From Azolla caroliniana (Eukaryota > Plantae > Polypodiophyta), in NCBI GenBank assembly GCA_043228905.1, contig JBHGNT010000008.1, positions 4,774,001-4,838,000 of the forward strand: 64,000 nt of DNA, given 5' to 3'. Below the pieces are notes generated by a model, which was not told the origin of the DNA, did not search any database, and was given only the letters and a program-made list of their open reading frames with translations. Position numbers and translations under genes: made by a program. Positions 60,000 through 64,000 of the stretch are shown here, one piece after another. Numbering within the stretch: position 1 is the stretch's first letter; each line of letters starts with the position of its first letter.

Positions 60000-62510
60000 T
60001 GTCGTGAAGATTCCAGGCCATCGGGGGAAACGTCGCCAAATGCATGGGAATGTGGGTGTGCACAAGTGCACCCCCTTTCTTTTTTCTGTACTAATTTATG
60101 TAAGTACTAGGTGTCGGTAGGTTTTGTGAATTGCTAGGAAGTTAGGCCCACTATTAGAGGATTTGATATTGCGTGGGTTGGGACACGGAAACAAAGGTGA
60201 GATAGTGAGAGCACATCAAGAAGAGAATCTAGGAGAGAATATCGAGGAGTCATTAAACCTGATGTAAAGACTACTCCTTGTGCTATAAAGGGGGCGGCCT
60301 CAGCCTGTTTGAGGGATCGTTCTTTTGTCTTTCTTGAGAAGCGGAGGACGCTACAAAACAGGAAGAAGTAGCTCACTCACTCGTTCTCTTCTGACCCTCT
60401 ACGAACAAACCTTGGGAGGAACCCTCGGCTCGCGTCAAACACCCACGCGCTCCCGGCCAGAGGTTCCCTTTTTTTTCTGTGTGTTTGCTCTAGAGCTCGA
60501 AGCCCTATTCCCGGCTCTAACCGGTTGTATTCCATGCGTTTCACACCCGCGTCCTAACTACTATTGACAATCTATTCCGTTGTTTTACATTTTTCCCTTG
60601 TGTCATTCTCGTGTTGTTATTCTCTCGTACTGCATTGAGTAAACTTACGACCACCTCCTTCCTACTCCTCTTTGTTTGATTCACGGTGTTTGTGTATACA
60701 CGACTCGCGGACCTCTTCCTCCTTTCTCGATTCCTTGGTTCAAGACCCGTGTGGTCCTGCCCCATTTCTACGCATCCACGCGGAATACCGCGACATATTT
60801 GGTGAACCTAGCGTGAAACAGTGGTGGCAAAGGAATCGGAAGATGAGAGGGAGCGAACTCGCCGAAGCGATGGCGGTGGCTGTAGACCGCCTGGTTAGCG
60901 CTCGTGATGGCACGAGGGCCTTTGACAGGGCCATAGAGGCAACAGTCGACAAGATAGACCGGTTCGGTGGGAAAGATGCCATGAGTTACGTTGACGCCTA
61001 CAAGTCCGCGATGCAGATGAGGAACATTCTGGAGGATAAGACGATTGACCGGGTTTCCTCGGGTCGTGACGCCAAGCATCCATGTGCAAGTGCTCGAAGT
61101 ACAAGCGGGCGGCCGCAATTGGCCGGACTTCACGGAGCATATTCTCGAATGGTACAGCTTCGATGACTCGCCTCGGCTGTCGAAGAAGGCTTTCATGGAT
61201 TGGGTTGATAGCTCTGGCAAAGGTCAGAACGCATCGGCGCTCCTTCAGGAGTTTGAGTCGCGGTTCGCACGGCTCTCCACACTGGACTGGATTATGCTTG
61301 ACATGAGCAAGGTCCTACTCTTTGTTAAGTCGTTCGACTTGCTAGACCGCGATAATGTGGGTTTCCTTTTAGAGACGAACAACAGACTCACAATTGACTG
61401 GACCGTGGTCAAAGGGGTGTGTGGCCGAAGTAACAAGCGTAGAGACCGGAAAGAAAAGGAGTCCTCAACAGTCGGACTGATTGTCGAAACGAGGCCCGAG
61501 TTGGCGTCAACCCGAATGGAAGAAACGAGAAGGTGGCTCGAGTCAGGCTTGTCCCCGACGAACGTAGTCGCGGGACCATCCGGGGGCGCGGCTCTAGAAG
61601 AGCCACGCGACTGGCGGTAGCCGGCCAACCAAAGGTGCATATGGCGTGATGCCCTTGGCCATGCCCAAAGAGATTGTGCAGACTTCGACGAAGCACTCAG
61701 GAGCAACATGGTGTACCTTTGGAATGGTAGGGTGCACGCAAGCAACACACGGAGAATGCTCGAAGTAAACCTTGGATGAGGCGGCATGAAGAGGTTGATG
61801 GAGGAGGCTGCGACGCGGCACGTCGAGGCCATCCACTACTTGGCCTCAACCGGCATTCACGTAGGTGGAAAGGCGGCTAACGCCGATACAAACCCCGGGT
61901 TTTGGCCAGAGGTACTGGAAACCTTCTCCGAAAGGAGGCTGAAGAAGGAAGAAGTTGACCACGCGGAAAAACAAGTACGTGATGTCACTGGATGGGACGA
62001 CCTGGTTGAGGAAAGTACCGACTTTGTGGAAGCCTCGTGCCAAAACTACAAGGTTCTGGTCAACAATAAGCGGGCCGGAAAGACCGGAGGAGTGGGCCCT
62101 TCGGGGAGGTATGACACCTGGAGCGGACCCATTCAAGAGAAGGAGAAGGCCAAGGTTCCGAATCTCTGGTTAAGCTCGGAAATAGAGAAAACAACGGACC
62201 TATGAAAGGTCCTAGAGGAACGAATCCTCGATAGTCGTGTAGAACTCACACTGAGAGAAGTGCTAGGCATAGCAAGGAGAGAGTTCCAAGATAGCATTGT
62301 GGATCTCGTAAAAAGGAAGCGTCTCGCGATGGAGCCGGAACCAGAGAAGCCGGTCGAAGAAAGGGTAGCGCTGCTCGACGAAGTGGCCACGGAGGACGAG
62401 CTTGCGGAAAGCCACTATACAAGGCCGCAATGGGTAAGAGCAACGACAGAAACCCCGGTTCATATCGGGGATGTGAAGAAACTAGTGGTGGCGTTGATCG
62501 ACCACGAATA
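60000..62510 (+). mobile_element. 5' part of another gypsy family-A element (LTR, PBS, decayed gag-PR)
   Basis: LTR 60000-60795 (TGTCGTGAAG..CGACA); PBS at 60800; gag fragments 60843-62510 ending at ALIDHE. Confidence 0.88.
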
Positions 62511-64000
62511 ACACCGGGACATTTGAAACAGGTAATATGTCGCATTTTGAGAACTGTCCATCAAAAAATGACACAAATTAGGGTGATTCACAAAAAGGGG
62601 TGCCGCATGCGTAAAGGAATTTTAAAAATGACCCAAAAATATATTGATTTTTAACATGTACGGAAATTTAGGTGTTCAAAAAAATGCCTAAATAATGGAC
62701 ATGCCAAACTTACAAATGAATGTCCAAAATGACTAACCCCAATATTTATAGAAATTCTGAATCCAAATCTTGATGTGCAATACAATATTTATAGTTAACG
62801 TATCAAGACAATCATTTTTCAAGTTTATGTCATCATCTTCATACCCATTAGATGAACTAGTACGAGTTTATGAGGTCTCATCCTCATCATCAATGGCAAC
62901 TAATGCATTGTGTTGATCCAATTGCAATCCAACCTCATCGAGTTTATGAGTCATGCTTCTTGTTTGTCTTTGTGTTGTGTCTGAAGCCACATTCCAGATC
63001 CTCTTTTAGTATCTTCATTGTGGTCTGTCACAGATAACTTGTTTTGGTCAAAGATAAGTCATACACTAATATATAAACATTATCCAATGTAAGAGTAGAT
63101 GTGCTTGATGCATCTTTCCTCCTCACTTTTTGGTTATGATATTTCATTATGTACTTTCCATTTACAAGATTAGGTTATGTGAGAGAAGCTTTCTACCAAA
63201 ATCATTAGAATCTAAAAAATGTCTTAAAGATGTTTTCCATTTTTCTTAGATTCTCATAGTAAGCCTTTGATGTCGTACAGAAATCCGATTCATTCCATCT
63301 AGATTTGACGCAACATGTCGAATTTTACTCTATACATCTAGAATTGGATATAATGCATCAGATTCCTGTTAGTCTTGGAATTTTTTTAAAAATTTCCATT
63401 AAAAAAATACTCTTGCATTTTAATGCATTGCATTGAATTCTAGCTACATAGACTAAAATATGATACATTGCATGGATTTCCCGAAAATACATAAATAAAT
63501 ACAAATTGAAAAAATAAAACATTTTCCAATAAATAAATAAATAAACATTTTTTATTTTACTCGTAAATAAATAAATAAAAATTGAAAAATTAGATTTCAA
63601 TGGAAATCCAATTCTGTGCATCGGATTCAATTGAAAATCCAATTTCTCTTATTTTTTTGAAAATTTTCTTATTTCTTGAATTGTTTTTGAATTTGTTTTT
63701 ATTTTTCCCATAAAAAAATAAATAAAAATTGAAAAAATGGATTTTCAACGGAAATCCGATGCACTGCATTGGATTTTGGTTGAAAGTCCACTTTTACGTA
63801 TTTTTTTCCAAATTTGCTTTTTTTTTTTAATTTTTTTGAATTTTTTTGAATTTTTTCTATAAAAAATAAATAAATATTGAAAAAATAGATTTTCAATGGA
63901 AATCCGATGCACTGCATCGGATTTCCATAGAAAATCCACTTTTTCTTATTTTTTTCCAAATTTTCATAGTTTTTAGAATTTTTTTGGTATTTTGTTTGTC
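62511..64000. other. AT-rich unassigned sequence, possibly a DNA transposon, with a palindromic ~148-bp repeat at its right end
   Basis: Abrupt drop in GC that truncates the gypsy protease. No convincing ORF. Palindromic units at ~63591, 63738 and 63886. Confidence 0.4.

Noticed and set aside
62800-63350. Possible transposase remnant or host exon
   Set aside because: No ORF or recognisable motif could be read by eye; a translated search is needed.

Overview
No host genes, bona fide RNA genes or CRISPR arrays were found. The window is a eukaryotic heterochromatin-like stack of nested LTR retrotransposons; the lineages suggest a non-seed land plant such as a moss, lycophyte or fern (inference). 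Nesting reaches four levels and can be rebuilt from TSDs and restored reading frames. It contains: (A) a non-chromoviral Ty3/gypsy family primed by tRNA-Trp, present as one near-complete copy (51973-58997), several broken copies or solo LTRs, and a pol-less gag-only derivative (6303-10688); (T) two Tcn1-like chromoviruses (12271-28945, 29785-42760) plus a non-coding mini-element (31402-38742); three young Tnt1/Tork-like copia copies (one intact, 1338 aa); a second copia family (1198-4732, 44178-50395); a decayed third copia; two further solo LTRs; and probable DNA-transposon remnants at both ends. The most notable observations are: an antisense tRNA-like Pol III A/B-box cassette at the U3 tip of the chromoviral LTRs; Tf1-type self-priming complementarity in those elements; 4-bp CG-centred target sites at all six scorable family-A insertions; and a predicted -1 frameshift placed after a DHG-type protease.
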